Shown: positions 51,428 through 64,000 of the stretch, piece by piece
Position numbering within the stretch: the first letter of the stretch is position 1
How the letters are laid out: the number at the start of each line of letters is the position of its first letter
Assembly: GCA_051362555.1 (NCBI GenBank)
Contig: CM120640.1
Location: 60,428,788-60,492,787 of the forward strand
Direction of reading: 5' to 3'
DNA: 64,000 bases
Source of the DNA: Lingula anatina
Taxonomy: Eukaryota > Animalia > Brachiopoda
Made by a program: the position numbers and the translations under genes
The notes under the pieces: model-generated
Told to the model about the DNA's origin: nothing
Database searches by the model: none
What the model saw: only the letters and a program-made list of their open reading frames with translations

Positions 51428-54400
51428 TTAGTACATAGTCTGCGCACTAGCAATGGCAGAGATTAAAGTCGAATCTCCATTTGGACTATACGAGTTCCTC
51501 TCTTCTCTATATACTGGGGAACCTTCATAAACATTGTACTGTCCCTCATAAGACGCACAAGGGGAATACCCAGTGCCTTCGTTGTACATAGTTTGTTCAT
51601 CTGCTAAATGATAGCCATTGTGATTTGACACAAAGTTCACAAATTCATGCCCTGGTCCGTTCAAATACTTGTCAAATTCACTGCTATCCACGTCTGGGAG
51701 GGATTCAGCTTTACAAAACTCGAAAAGGACGTCATCGGGCGGCATAGCGTAACGGGGAAGCCCGGCCTGAAGGACCCGCGGGCCCGAGTGAGAAAGCACA
51801 GGCGGTTCCGGATGTGTGGGGTGCTGAGGAAAGCTGGGTGGACCCATGTGACACAATGGCGGAGGGGATTGTGTTGCGGAGGGTCTCGACATTGTGTGAT
51901 CGCTCCCCACCATGGATGCCATGCGACAGTTCATGTTGGAGTAGACCATGTTGGAGGGATGGCGACGCTGCACGAGGGCTCTAAGAGTCACGAGGTGCTC
52001 TGATGTGTTGGTCAGGTTTACACTGGTGGGGGCCACCGGCTTTTCAAACCAAGGGTTCCCTGAAGGACTGAATCGTCTCACGAGTTCGTTTATGGAGGAG
52101 GAGGTGGTATCGTTGCTGATGCTGGTAGAAGGTGGAAACTTGAACACGTGCCCATCACGTGGCTCCATGGGGGATTCTGGGGTTAGAAGTCCCGATGGTG
52201 GACCGGTCATGGAGTCTTCATACTCGTCGTTACTGAAGTCCTGCATGCTACTGTAAGTAGGTGATGATGGTCGGGGGTGGTCTAGATTAGGACTGGAACA
52301 CGGAGACGACTCTGGAGTAATAGGGAAGTTACAGCTACTGTTCATGTGTTCTTTCTTTGGTGTGGCTGCCATGCTGCAAGGTGTGGCCATAGTAACAGAC
52401 GAGGGTACTGCGTTAGGGGTTGCAGGAGCGACTGCAGTGGTTGAGACCTGAAACCCTGGGGCACCCTGAACCATTCTTTTACATGTCCTCTTGGGATGTT
52501 TCCGCCGACGCGGTCGATACTTGTAGTCCGGATGCTCCTGCATGTGCAGCACCCTCAGGCGTTCAGCTTCCTCCACGAATGGGCGCTTCTCAGTCAAGGG
52601 GAGACTTTTCCACTTGCGACCTACAATACGATAGTGAACTCCTTAAATAACTTGCCTTCAACATTTCATTTGTACACAGCATCTGCTCCGAAATAAAGAA
52701 GTTAATTATTTCATTATCAACATAACACTAATATTTAAGTGAGCGAGGTAAAATGGATAACAACGAAGACAAGCAGACTAATGAGACTTGCAAACATTTT
52801 TCACAAGTAAAAATTTACGTATGTGTATATCCTCAACCCAGATACAGATACCCACGCAATCTGATTCACCAATAAAATTATCATTATAATAATTAGGAGA
52901 GGATCTTGTTTAAAATAATACTTATTTTGATAATAAAAACGCGATATCAATCAGTCTGTAATACAGTCGACTTAAATACCACATAAAATTAGTTTTATTA
53001 CGAATAATTCTTTTTAAAAACCTTCTTAATTTTATCTTAACTTTCGAAAAATTTCAAAGAACAATAAATAATATTACTCTTTTAGATTCATACCAAGAAA
53101 CAAACTGATACGCGGAAAAAGAAGATAATTTCATATTAAGCCTATTCACATGTTTTTTTCTCATAAATAAATAAACAAACAAATAATATATAAATATTTT
53201 CCTTTCTATGGTGGAACCACTTTTGAGTCACATTAACATAAATGTCTTTAGGGAAACACCGTTTTCTGCCGCGGGAAAGCGTTTTATCGGGTTAGCTTCC
53301 AGCAATTTTATGTTGCAGTAGGAGGCACAGCACCTCCATAGTGTATTGTAGTTGGCAGAGTGTTTTTCCCGTAATGTAGCTTGTCCTGCAACTTCACTTA
53401 ACGAGGTCATTTCTGCTATGAGAGCTGCTGGTGTTATGTTATAGCCATTTGACTGATCACCGAATGATTATCATTATATATAAAAATAGATGTAGAAAAA
53501 CTGGGTGGAAAGGTTTTTGGGCAGAAATAGCTTGACAATTCTTTTTAATGACACAGTAACACGGGAGGGGCATTTTATACGTCGGTTCCTCGAGACGTCC
53601 TGCACGCATGTACGATGGTGATGGCTTAAAGCGCCCTTGAGAAAATACACATTAAAACGAGCGACATACGAAATCTGGTTTAGGATCAAGACGAGTTCGG
53701 GCAATAAACTATTTTCATGACCTTGCAGTGGTTTTGTCTTCTGATAGATCAAGGTAACATTACATGACTCAACATAAGGGTGCCGACGTTATCGGACGTT
53801 CCGAAAACAATCTGCGGAAAATGTCTTGGGGCACGAAATGCTTCCTGCTTCATTGGGTTAAATTTCAATTACAGAAGCTTATGAAATCGTCCATCAAACT
53901 TTAGCAGAGCTATTGCGGCAAGAGACGTTGTCTCCCCGACTAGTAGTGCTTGCTGGATTAAGTTATGTATCTCTGTTGGTACTGACAGGACTGTCAGCGT
54001 CCCAAGGTTCCTCATAAATCACTCATACTGTTACCTTAACACGCGTGAGAATTACTGGTCAACCACTTACAGCTGCACTATTTTTGTGCAAGTTTACTTG
54101 TAGCGATTTCATCAAGACTATGCGGGGAACTCTTACTGCTGTAACCCAGCCTAGATTCGGCAGCATACTTTGACTGTGGGTTGTTAATGAACCGTGCGGT
54201 AAAATTCAGAAACTTTCCAGACGTTTGCCTTCATTACTGCACTGGAAATGCAGCAGCAGTGCATCGGCCTCAACACGTTTGGTTCATATTATTCGAAGAA
54301 TCTTGTACTTAAATCTAGGCACTCATGAGAGTTTTGTAACCTGGGCTAGCAGCAACTGCTGACTTCAATTTGGTTAAGCATGTTAAAAGAAACCAGTAGA

Positions 54401-56090
54401 ATATGTACCCTCTTTGCAAAGACGCTTCGGGTTAGGAAGTGCTCGTTCTCTATAAACAAATAGAGGCTAAAAGTTTCTCTTTGATAGTAATACTTGTAAT
54501 CTGTAAAGAAACATACACACACTTCGCCCATGTACTTTCTCCAAGTATTAAGCACGCGTCCGTGCCCAGTGTGGAATTTATCGATATTAAATTATAAAAA
54601 CACAAGCAGACCTAGGTGTTTGTGTGTTCACGGTCTCCGTTTCTTTCTCACACTCTTCAAAAACAAGACTTTAATCAGACGCAAGTAGGCGAAGCAGTTA
54701 AAGACATGGGTATTCTTTACCCGATCAGGCAGTGATCACATATCCCAGCCACATATAGCAATTTTTTCTTTTTTTCACCTGGGATACGGTGCTTTGATAT
54801 AAGAAATATGAATCCAGCATAAATGGGAAAAGAAAGACGAAAGATATTTTTTATAGCAAGCTTCATCATCAAGCAACGTTGCATACACATTTTACAACTG
54901 AGCTAAATTTGAAAAAAGTTTGTCCTACTGATTTTGAACTAATATCACTCATTACCATTTAATTCCTCGCGTACCTACATAAATTATACGATTTAAATTC
55001 ACGCAACAGAATCTGACGCGTGGGTGATGGTTTGGAGATTATTTTGACATAACTAATCGACAATCTATAGCCGATAATCTCATTGTCTCGTGTCGTCTGC
55101 TGCAGTTATCGGTGAGAGGGCGACACCAGAACATTCTCCCTATCACCGTTACCAAGTGTCCACGTGATTGTGTTTGACTTGTTTGACTTATCTTCATATT
55201 CTGATAACATTAGAGAGTGTAACTCTACAAGGTTTGTTTTTCAAACAGTATTCTTGCGTTTATTCTGTTAATTTTACAATTGTTAAAACTTACGATATTT
55301 AAAAACAAGCTCGATCTCATGCCTGGTGTTTTAATCATCGCTCCCTATGACGGAATCGGTAAGTTGCAAATCAGATTGCGTAGCCTGGGAAGGGTATTTG
55401 TCAGAGAGCACGAGTAATGCCAGTGCACAACGTTTCCCGGACATATTTATAACGTTTGGGATTTCTACACGTTCTGGTGTATATACGAGTTCAAGGGTGC
55501 CATTATATTTTGCCTCGAGGATAAGGGACTCATAAAATATAAAGACCAAAATGTGGACAAGGGAATGTATGCATAAACAGTCTTTTGGAGTCACGTAAAT
55601 GTTGAATCATGGTAATGGGAGGTTAGGGAACAACTGGCATAGTCCATGATATAAGTAGGAACGATATCGATGGACGCGAAACCCTATTGACGCCTGCATG
55701 GTTCAACTAAAAACAATGGCCCCGAAAAACTAGGTTAGTTTTCACGTCAGAACATTTTGATAGCATCTCCAGATATCTGAGTTCTAGTGAAAGCACATGA
55801 CAACATGTACAAGTTTAATTCCGTCCCGAAACGTATGAAGGCCAGAACGAACTTTCATAACCACAGGGTTTTGTGAAGCGTTTCAATAGATTTTACATTC
55901 AAAGAGCACTTGCCAAGAACAATTATCAGTAAAAGAGTTGATCTACAAATATTCGATTTTACTGTTAGTACATGTTGCAAAAACGCGTTTGGGGGAGGTG
56001 CCTGTAGCATGCCTACATCAAGAGGACTAAGTAAAGTATTCTTGTAATATTTATAATATTATACTCTTATGCTCTCTATTAATATTGAAT

Positions 56091-56154
<64 letters not shown>

Positions 56155-56664
56155 CAGCAATGGTTTATTTCTAAAACACAGCAGTGTCTTTCTATAATGT
56201 AGTGAGACAATGTACAACTACATAAGTAACAACACGAAGGAGCGACAGCGTGAACAAATATCATAAAAATTATAACTGTGTATTCAAGGAAAACGATCAT
56301 TCCCATAGAAATCATCAAAGCAAAGTGCCTTAACTAAAGGTAATGAAAAGAAATATACATCTAACTTACCCAACATTTTACTGAGATCGGCATTGTGAAC
56401 GTCTGGGTTTTCGTCAGCAAGTCGCTTTCTTTCTGCCTTTGCCCAGACCATAAAGGCGTTCATGGGTCGGCGGATTCTGGGTTCCGCCCTCTTGCCCCTG
56501 GGTGACGACTCTGTGACTGGTCGTGTGTTGCATTTTTCAAGCCACTTGTAGCCCATACTAGAGTCTAGCGGTGTGTGTGGGGGCAGCCTGTAGTTCTGCA
56601 TGGAGTAGTTAGGATGATGATGGTGATGATGCAGTGAAGTGTGGTCCATCTGTAAGAAGTCCAT
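51428..56664 (-). CDS. SoxF: SoxF group HMG-box transcription factor (Sox7/17/18-like), 2 exons
   Basis: Exons 56664-56370 and 52620-51428. [39 protein letters not shown]|RKWK...[29 protein letters not shown] with the SoxF-type intron in the HMG box; DSSEFDKYL matches the SoxF DxxEFxQYL motif; LISAIASA C-terminus. Confidence 0.96.
56092..56152. repeat. Compound (CT)n(CA)n microsatellite in SoxF intron
   Basis: Direct reading. Confidence 0.97.
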
Positions 56665-56789
56665 TGAATGAAGAGTCTGGAGTACTCTCGGTGGTTGTAA
56701 GACACCTCTACTAGTCCGTTCTCTAAATGCTTAAGCACATGGAAGCTCGCCTGTTTTCAACAAGTGATTCCTCTCCAGCTGACTGTCAC

Positions 56790-56895
56790 TTAACTGATAT
56801 GGTTAGCAGATGACATTGGAGGAACTAACCTCCGCGTTAACCAATCAGCGTTCCAGCGGGGCTCTATGCAAATCAGAGGCAAGATGAGTCACACG
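56790..56895 (-). promoter_or_regulatory. Putative SoxF proximal promoter
   Basis: Inr-like TCAGTT on - (~56797), CCAATCA (56841), octamer ATGCAAAT (56866-56873), AP-1-like TGAGTCA (~56885) within ~100 bp, 130-230 bp upstream of the ATG. Confidence 0.55.
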
Positions 56896-59800
56896 AGGAC
56901 CGGCAGACGTTCTCCAGCGTTTGCCAAAACTTTCCAGGCCATTTTACAACCTGGTGTAAAACCTGCACAGACTCTAAACACTTCCCATTACAATTTTTAA
57001 CAACTTTTTTCACTTATTTAAGTACAGTCTGTATCGTTATCTTAGATACCACAGGTTTTAAGTACATCAAGTGAGCACGGCTTGTCACAGAATTCGCTGA
57101 TAGCCTCAGAGCATCGGGAACTTTATTTTAATCTTTAACTAGTCATTAATATTTTAACCCGAGGTATAGCAAGGACTGCGTCTAGCGGTACTTCCTCAAA
57201 ACTTAATAATCTGCGTCTATACAGCATCGTAAAACTTGACTCAGCGTTCTCCGTGACCGTTTGTTAGCGTTGTACCGCTGTAGGCGGTGTCGAAGGTCGA
57301 GGCACGTGCTCGCGTTTTCAGGTAAACAAATGACAGAAGATAGAGCACCGATCTGTGTCATCCCCTTTGTGCGTAGGAGTCCACGTCGTCAGTGCTGACC
57401 AGAACTGTAATTATCTCACAGTCAGGAGACGAGAAAAGTTCCTAGAGCAAAATAAAAAGTGTTTCTTGTCACAGATCACAAGGTCCAATTTTCATTAATC
57501 ATGTAATTGAACTTTTATTGCCTTGCCATCGATGCCCCTCAAAAGTATCAGTTGTCACTTTTCTTCCTTTTTCCGTTTTGTAGTTGATAAAAATTGACAC
57601 AATCTAGTATTTATGTTCTTGAAAACAACTTGCTGTCATTATTTTCTCTATTCATTTTCTTCCTGATGCGTACTTATCTGCTATCATTAGTTGGCAAATG
57701 TGGGTTAAGTGCGCGCTGTTTACTCCTGTTCGCGTGCCAATAGATATGGGAAATATGCTGTTTTCTTGAAAGTCAATAAAACAACTGGATTTTGATATTT
57801 TACACCATTATAGTCCCCACTGGTGAATAACAACATATTACTTATCATTACAAATATAGATATACAAATAGGGAAGTTCGTGCACTTCATACATGTATTT
57901 CTTTTTCTTGCGTGTGCTCCGATACTTGAACTGCTAAAACAGTCTACTTTAATAAAGACCTAATAAAAATTAATGCATCTTTACATAACCCAACGCTGCA
58001 GCCAATACCAAATGTTTAAAAAACCTTCCACCATTCTATTCTGCATGATATATTACTGACGAGCTCAGTTTTAGCCAACCATTTGTATTCCAAATGTGGG
58101 TGAAATCCAATAGTTGAATTGGTCTTGCACAAGATACGAACGCAAATAAAGTAGAGTAAATTGTATTTTTTAGTTTTAACATTAAATGATTTCAATATGA
58201 ATTAGGGAATCACACACGCAGTTTTAATACGTAAATGGTCTTCCCCATTTCTCTCTCGATAGATTTGTCATATTTGTGTACAGCACAGGGGTTTTTAAAT
58301 AATACATACAAGCAATAAACTAAGCAATAAACTAAGCTGTAACAAAGTTATTTTATCTACGATTTGCTATCTTTGCCCCGTGGTAAGAGTGTGCTATCAT
58401 GTTGGTGTCCGAAAATATTTCCCGCTAATCTCTGCACTCGTAGCACAATAAAGTGGGGACATCTTAGATTGTAACAAAAATTCCAGGCTGTTCGTCAGTA
58501 TCACATTTCCCTGTTATAAGATAGATTTAGTCTTTATAAATGGACAGCAAACTTTTTCTCTGTTGGCATATCTGTACATTTAAGAATACTAATGTATCAA
58601 TTTACCGCGAAGGAAGATAGTGGGGATACCTTTATCACCAACAGTTCTTAGCGACCAAGGTACCCAGGGATGATATCAGGCCTTAAAGTGGATTAGACAA
58701 CGTCTTAAGAACTATGTGTTGACAATAATATCAATATTACATACAGGGTTCAGCTCTCTACAACATTGTATCACTTACAACACTCAGTAAATCAAAGGAC
58801 AAGTACAGCTATTACGAAGATTTATAAATATGCCACAAAGCGTTTAGATAGTCCTAAGAACCTAGATTCTAAAAAAAAAGTCATTTGACGTCATTTCAGT
58901 GTTGAATGCTTTCCAACTTAATCACATCTGTAATTGTCAAAAAGGTAGTTGATATTTGGCCATTTTGTATATCAATTATTTAAAGCATCAACGTAGATTG
59001 TGACGAAAACCTTAAATAGAGGAACGCCTTTCGAACACATATTTTCAATCCTACGGATGCCAGCAGTAGAACAAACATAGCAGATGCGTTGCATAAAATT
59101 AATGAACATTGTTTACATCGTGGCTAACTTATAAATCAAGGCACCAGCTCAGTTATTACTTTTCAACACCATGAGGGTGAGTAGCACAGAAACTGCAGGA
59201 TCTTTGACGTTCGCCGGTATTTATCCGTCCTGACAGAAGGCACGCGACGGCGGCTGTTGATTAGTCAGAGGAACATTTCAACATAAATGTCCTCTAACAA
59301 GAGGCTGTGGAGTGTTGCTAGGGTTCGTTATGGTAACAAAGACAGCGACGTCAGCTACCATCAAGGGGAGGACGTGCCATCAAACAGATGGAATAAATAC
59401 TGAGCAGTAAGGATAAGAGAAGCAAAACGGATGATATTAATTTTAGTTATTTATCAAACATCCACTCAAATATTACATAGTTCCAACCCTAAATAAAAGA
59501 ACTACCAGCAAAATATGACGAAAAGATAGTAAAATAAAATAATGATCGATGTTCATATGTCGTTCGTCTTCATAAAGTTTAAAAAACAAACAAACCCTCT
59601 TTTTCAAGAGTGGTGGTCCGAGCTAAATATCTAACTTTAATAACAGGGTTCGTGTTGCCCAGTCACTCGTCGTACTGACGTATACCAATTACTCGATTAT
59701 AAATCCATTGTCGAGTCTGCGGATTAGAATGGTGACAGACAAATCTCCCTCTAATCCAGTTCTTACGGACCACTTCACCCCCCCCCCCCCATCCACCAGC

Positions 59801-61062
59801 CTCCTCCTCTCCTATCAACCAGGGAACTGGAGACAAATAAATCGCATATAGTAATGAAGTAAAAGGATAAAACAGTATAATATTAAAATATATAACAGGA
59901 GGGACGTACAATAGTAGTTAATGTGTTCGTTTTTTGGTAGAAGCTGTACACTGTATCACAATTTGTCACACAGTTCAATTAATAATACTTTAGGTATCAG
60001 TAGTAAACAATATGATCAGCTCAATAACGGGATAAATGTTCTTTATTCTGACCCTAGCATATATACAGGCAGGGCATTGAGACATGGTGTATCTTATCTG
60101 CTACATGCCTTCATGCAATATCAACACCTTCCCTGGTACTCCCCTGGGGGTGGAGGGGGTAGGGGTGAAGAGTTCTCCTTTTAAGAAGACAACAACGGCC
60201 TCATATTAAGCCTTCTTGATTTGAGGTTAATCGCGTACTTTAAATGTGTTTTCTATCAGGAAAGCTCAAGCTGTAGTTTGGGTTCATAATCAGTACACAT
60301 TTTTCATTTCCAGAGTAAAACACAAATGTACTAGTATGCCTAGTCGTGACATATTTGTTGGCCGTACTGTGTGATCTTACCAGGGTCTAAGGGGGCGTAA
60401 CATTGACTTTTCCCTCGCTATCGCTCTCTTTCAATAAAATATCATCATCTTCATGAAAAGGAGACTGTATAAGTGTTGTTTCGATGAAAGCTTAACAAAC
60501 AGAGACGTATCGTAACCGTTTATTTTTATTTGAACAGACGGGGATGACCCGCTTCAAGATTTTGGGCACGCTCGATCTTAACACCAATCCACGATGACCC
60601 CGCGTTCCTGGGGCCTGGTATAGGCTGGTGGAGGCATTAAGGATCGGCGAGACGTTGTTACGCCCCCTGTAAACATCACACCTACGCCATCTGATCGATT
60701 GTCAAAAACACTCAAATATGAACATTCCTTCAGTTTAACAAAAAGGGTGGTAGAAACTGAAATAACTGTTTTTTTTAAATAGATTCAGAACTTGGAACCA
60801 ATCTTTATTTGAATATGAATACCTTTAGTGATTAATCCGGGTGCCTGAATGACACCCCGGGGAAAATTTTTATGGGCTAAAAGTTAAAATGATCACTTAT
60901 TTATTTCATAACTACAAAACAGTCAAGCCTCATATTCTATTCTGCCAGAAAAAACTTCAGTATTTCCCTTTTTGTGTAGTGTTTGCAAGAAAAGAATCAA
61001 GACGGTCAATATGAATGAGCTAAATCACATCTAAGTCTTAGGTTATACATAACATTGTGGTC

Positions 61063-61067
<5 letters not shown>

Positions 61068-61114
<47 letters not shown>
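61068..61114. repeat. (TA)n microsatellite
   Basis: Direct reading; lies next to the transposon end. Confidence 0.97.
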
Positions 61115-61115
<1 letters not shown>

Positions 61116-61119
61116 CAAG

Positions 61120-63780
61120 TAGTCCGGTGGCTTAAGGAAAAAATCGTGACACGGCGGATAAAAGCACCAAATTTTGCATGTGGGTACCTTTTGACATTCT
61201 AAACCAAATTAGAGCCGTAGCCCACGGAAAAAATTTACCGTTTGGCCAAAAAATCCAAAATGGCCGCCAATTTATTGAATTCTTTAGAAATATGTACATA
61301 CCTATGTTGATTTTTATCAAATAAATTATTTTCTCAGAGTTTTCCACACCCTTATTACCCATTTTATTCATATATGTCAGATAACAAACAAGTTCCCTTG
61401 GACTTTTTGAAAAAATCCAAGATGGCTGTCATTTGCCATAGAAACAGCCATAGGAATACTAGTGCACAACTATTACCAGCTAGAACGATACGTTGTCCAC
61501 TATCAAATTAAGTCTGTTTCTCAGATCTTTGTTACCCACATAATATGTTTGTGGTGAGTAACTACGAAGTGTTCTTGGGCATTTTGGAAAATCCAAGATG
61601 GCTGCCATGTGCCACAGGAATTCTAGTATACGGGGGATTCAACTAATGGCAACTGGAAAGATTAGTTTTTCACTATCAAATTAAGCTGGTTTCTGAGTGT
61701 TTTCTACATCCTTTCTACCCACACAATATGTATGTGGTTAGTAACTAACAGTATTCTTGGGCATTTTGAGAAAATCCAAGATGGCCATCATATGTAATAG
61801 GAATACTTCTAGTATTACAAAGGATTGGAACTAATGCCAGCTAATTCACTATCAAATTCAGTTTATTTTTTTAGTGTTTTACACATTATTATTACACTGT
61901 GATACATATCTAGCAGGTAATAAATGTGCACATTTGATCATTTTGAGAAAACCCAAGATGGCCGTCACTGGCCATAGGAATTACAACTGCACATCCATGG
62001 CTTTTCATCTACTACCAGGGTGAATTTGTGTTTGCTTATCAAGTTTTGCCCATCCTTATTAGTCCTATGATATATATCTGGTGGGTAAATAGTGTGCATC
62101 CTTGGATCTGAGAAAAAGATACCTACAATTTAACATAGGAATACTAATGGGTGGGTTTCAATTGCTGCTAGAGAGGCATATGGTTCATTATACAATTACA
62201 TTTCCATGGGTTTGTTTTAAAAATAATTTATGTTTTTCATTCCATTTATTATTACCCCTATGATGTATACCTGGTCTGTAGCATGTGTGTATCTTTGGGT
62301 ATTCTGAAAAAATTCAAGATGTCTGCCTTTTGTCATTAGAATATTCGAACACATAATCAAATAATGCTAGAGATACACTGAGTACGATTTAAATGTAGTT
62401 AACTTTGGGTCGTTTTTAAATGTTTTTCATATCCTATTTATCCTTATGAAAGACTCTGTGTGTTTTGAAAGTGTATGTATCCTTGAGTATTATTCGGAGA
62501 AAACCCAAGATAGCTGCCAGTTGTCATAGGAATATATCATTCAAATGCACATAGGTGTCAATTAATAGAACAGTTCAAATAAAGCCGTTTGATGTTTAAA
62601 CATGTTGACATCCTTATTAACCTTACTCTTTATAAATCTGGTGTGTAGCAAGTGTGCATCTTGCGTATTTGAGAAAATTCAAGATTGCTGCAATTCACAA
62701 TAGCCAGAGAAACATTGGGTTCAATATAAATCCAACTACTGCCAGAGAAACATTGGGTTCAATATAAAATGAATTTTGTTTCTCGGTATTTCCCACATTC
62801 TTTTTGGACTTTTAGATATCTATCTGGTGGGTAACAAGTGTATACCCTTAAGTATTTTGAAAAAATATCATGATTACCCTCATTTGCCTTAGAAGTGCCT
62901 ATAAAATCTAATGCACCAGTTTTCCTATGAGGATTTCCCCAAAATGATAAAATATGGACATTAATTACCTAACAGATATGTGTCATGGGATAATAATACT
63001 AAAAAAAAAACAGAATAACAACTGAATTCAGCTTCATTTTATTTGTAAGCCTATCTCTCGCAGGTATTAACTGAACCCCACCTTCTACGGCTAATGGCAG
63101 CCATTTTGTTTTGTTTTGTTTTCAAAAAGGATACACATAACATTCTCATCACATATGTATTATGTTAATTAAAAAGATGTGGAAAATACTCAGAAACAAA
63201 CCTAATTTAACAATTAATATTATATTAATATTATATCTCCATGGCAGAAGAAGCCCTATGTGTATACTAGTATTCCTTTGATATGGGGGCCATCTTGGAT
63301 TTTTCTCGAATTGCCTATGAATAAAGGTTAGTTACTCCCCACAAATATATTATTTGTGTAATAAGAAACAAAATTAATTAGATAGTGGGCAATGCATCTT
63401 CCTAGTTGGCATTAGTTAGTTGAAAACCCTTGTACATGTTCTAGTATTCCTATGCCCTACGGCGGCCATCTTGGATTTTTCAATAAGTCCAAGGACACTA
63501 GTTTGTTATCTGACACATATGCATAATATGGGTAATAAGGATGTGGAAAACATTGAGAAAATACTTAATTTGATAAAAATCAACATAGATATGTATATAT
63601 TTCTACAAAATTTCACAAATTGGCGGCCATTTTGGATTTTTTGGCCAAACGGTAAATTTTTTCCGTGGGCTACGGCTCTAATTTGATTTAGTATGTCAAA
63701 AGGTACCCACATGCAAAATTTGGTGCTTTTATCCGCTGTGTCACGATTTGGCCATTTTTTTGCCCTAAGCAACCAGACTA
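61120..63780. mobile_element. Non-autonomous long-TIR DNA transposon, Academ-like
   Basis: TAGTCCGGTGGCTTA... / ...TAAGCAACCAGACTA termini, 3-bp TSD AAG on both sides, TIR clear for at least 330 bp, interior made of degenerate ~180-bp units carrying AAAATCCAAGATGGC. Confidence 0.85.
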
Positions 63781-64000
63781 AAGGTCATAAATTCGCAAAA
63801 GCAAATGGTCGCCAATGACACAATTATAATAAAAATTTGTCATTACATGGCGCAATTCCAATGAAATCTCAACAGGACTCACAATTAATTGCTAAAATCA
63901 CAAATTGCTTGTTAAAAATTTTAATTTAAAAATTTCAAAAAGTTAGCAGATAAATGTTTATTTAAAGGATGGGGAATTCCTAACAATAGAACTGTGCAGT

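Noticed and set aside
51647-52696. Plus-strand ORFs over SoxF exon 2
   Set aside because: Antisense shadows of a GC-rich coding exon.

Overview
Eukaryotic, intron-rich, AT-rich animal DNA; an invertebrate such as a mollusc/lophotrochozoan is my inference from gene structure and TE content. 1-12 kb is a nest of four decayed transposons: a Harbinger end, a ZNF862-type hAT transposase, a SCAN-gag Gypsy LTR element inserted into the hAT's last codons, and an ISL2EU-type element (THAP/HTH transposase plus SWIM-YqaJ nuclease). Four host genes follow: CMTR2 (-), head-to-head with YTHDC1 (+), which is tail-to-tail with PLEKHJ1 (-), then after a ~14 kb gene-free stretch SoxF (-). Two long-TIR Academ-like elements, a Merlin-like foldback MITE and a Helentron-type HINE lie in introns or intergenic DNA. 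The most notable signal is in the YTHDC1 intron just after the YTH domain. It has a strong sense-strand cluster of m6A consensus sites (12 GGACT in 1.85 kb), a weak productive donor competing with a perfect non-productive donor, and a GGAC-presenting hairpin. Together these look like an m6A-sensing autoregulatory module in an invertebrate. All exon coordinates and motif counts were read by eye; no database searches were run.
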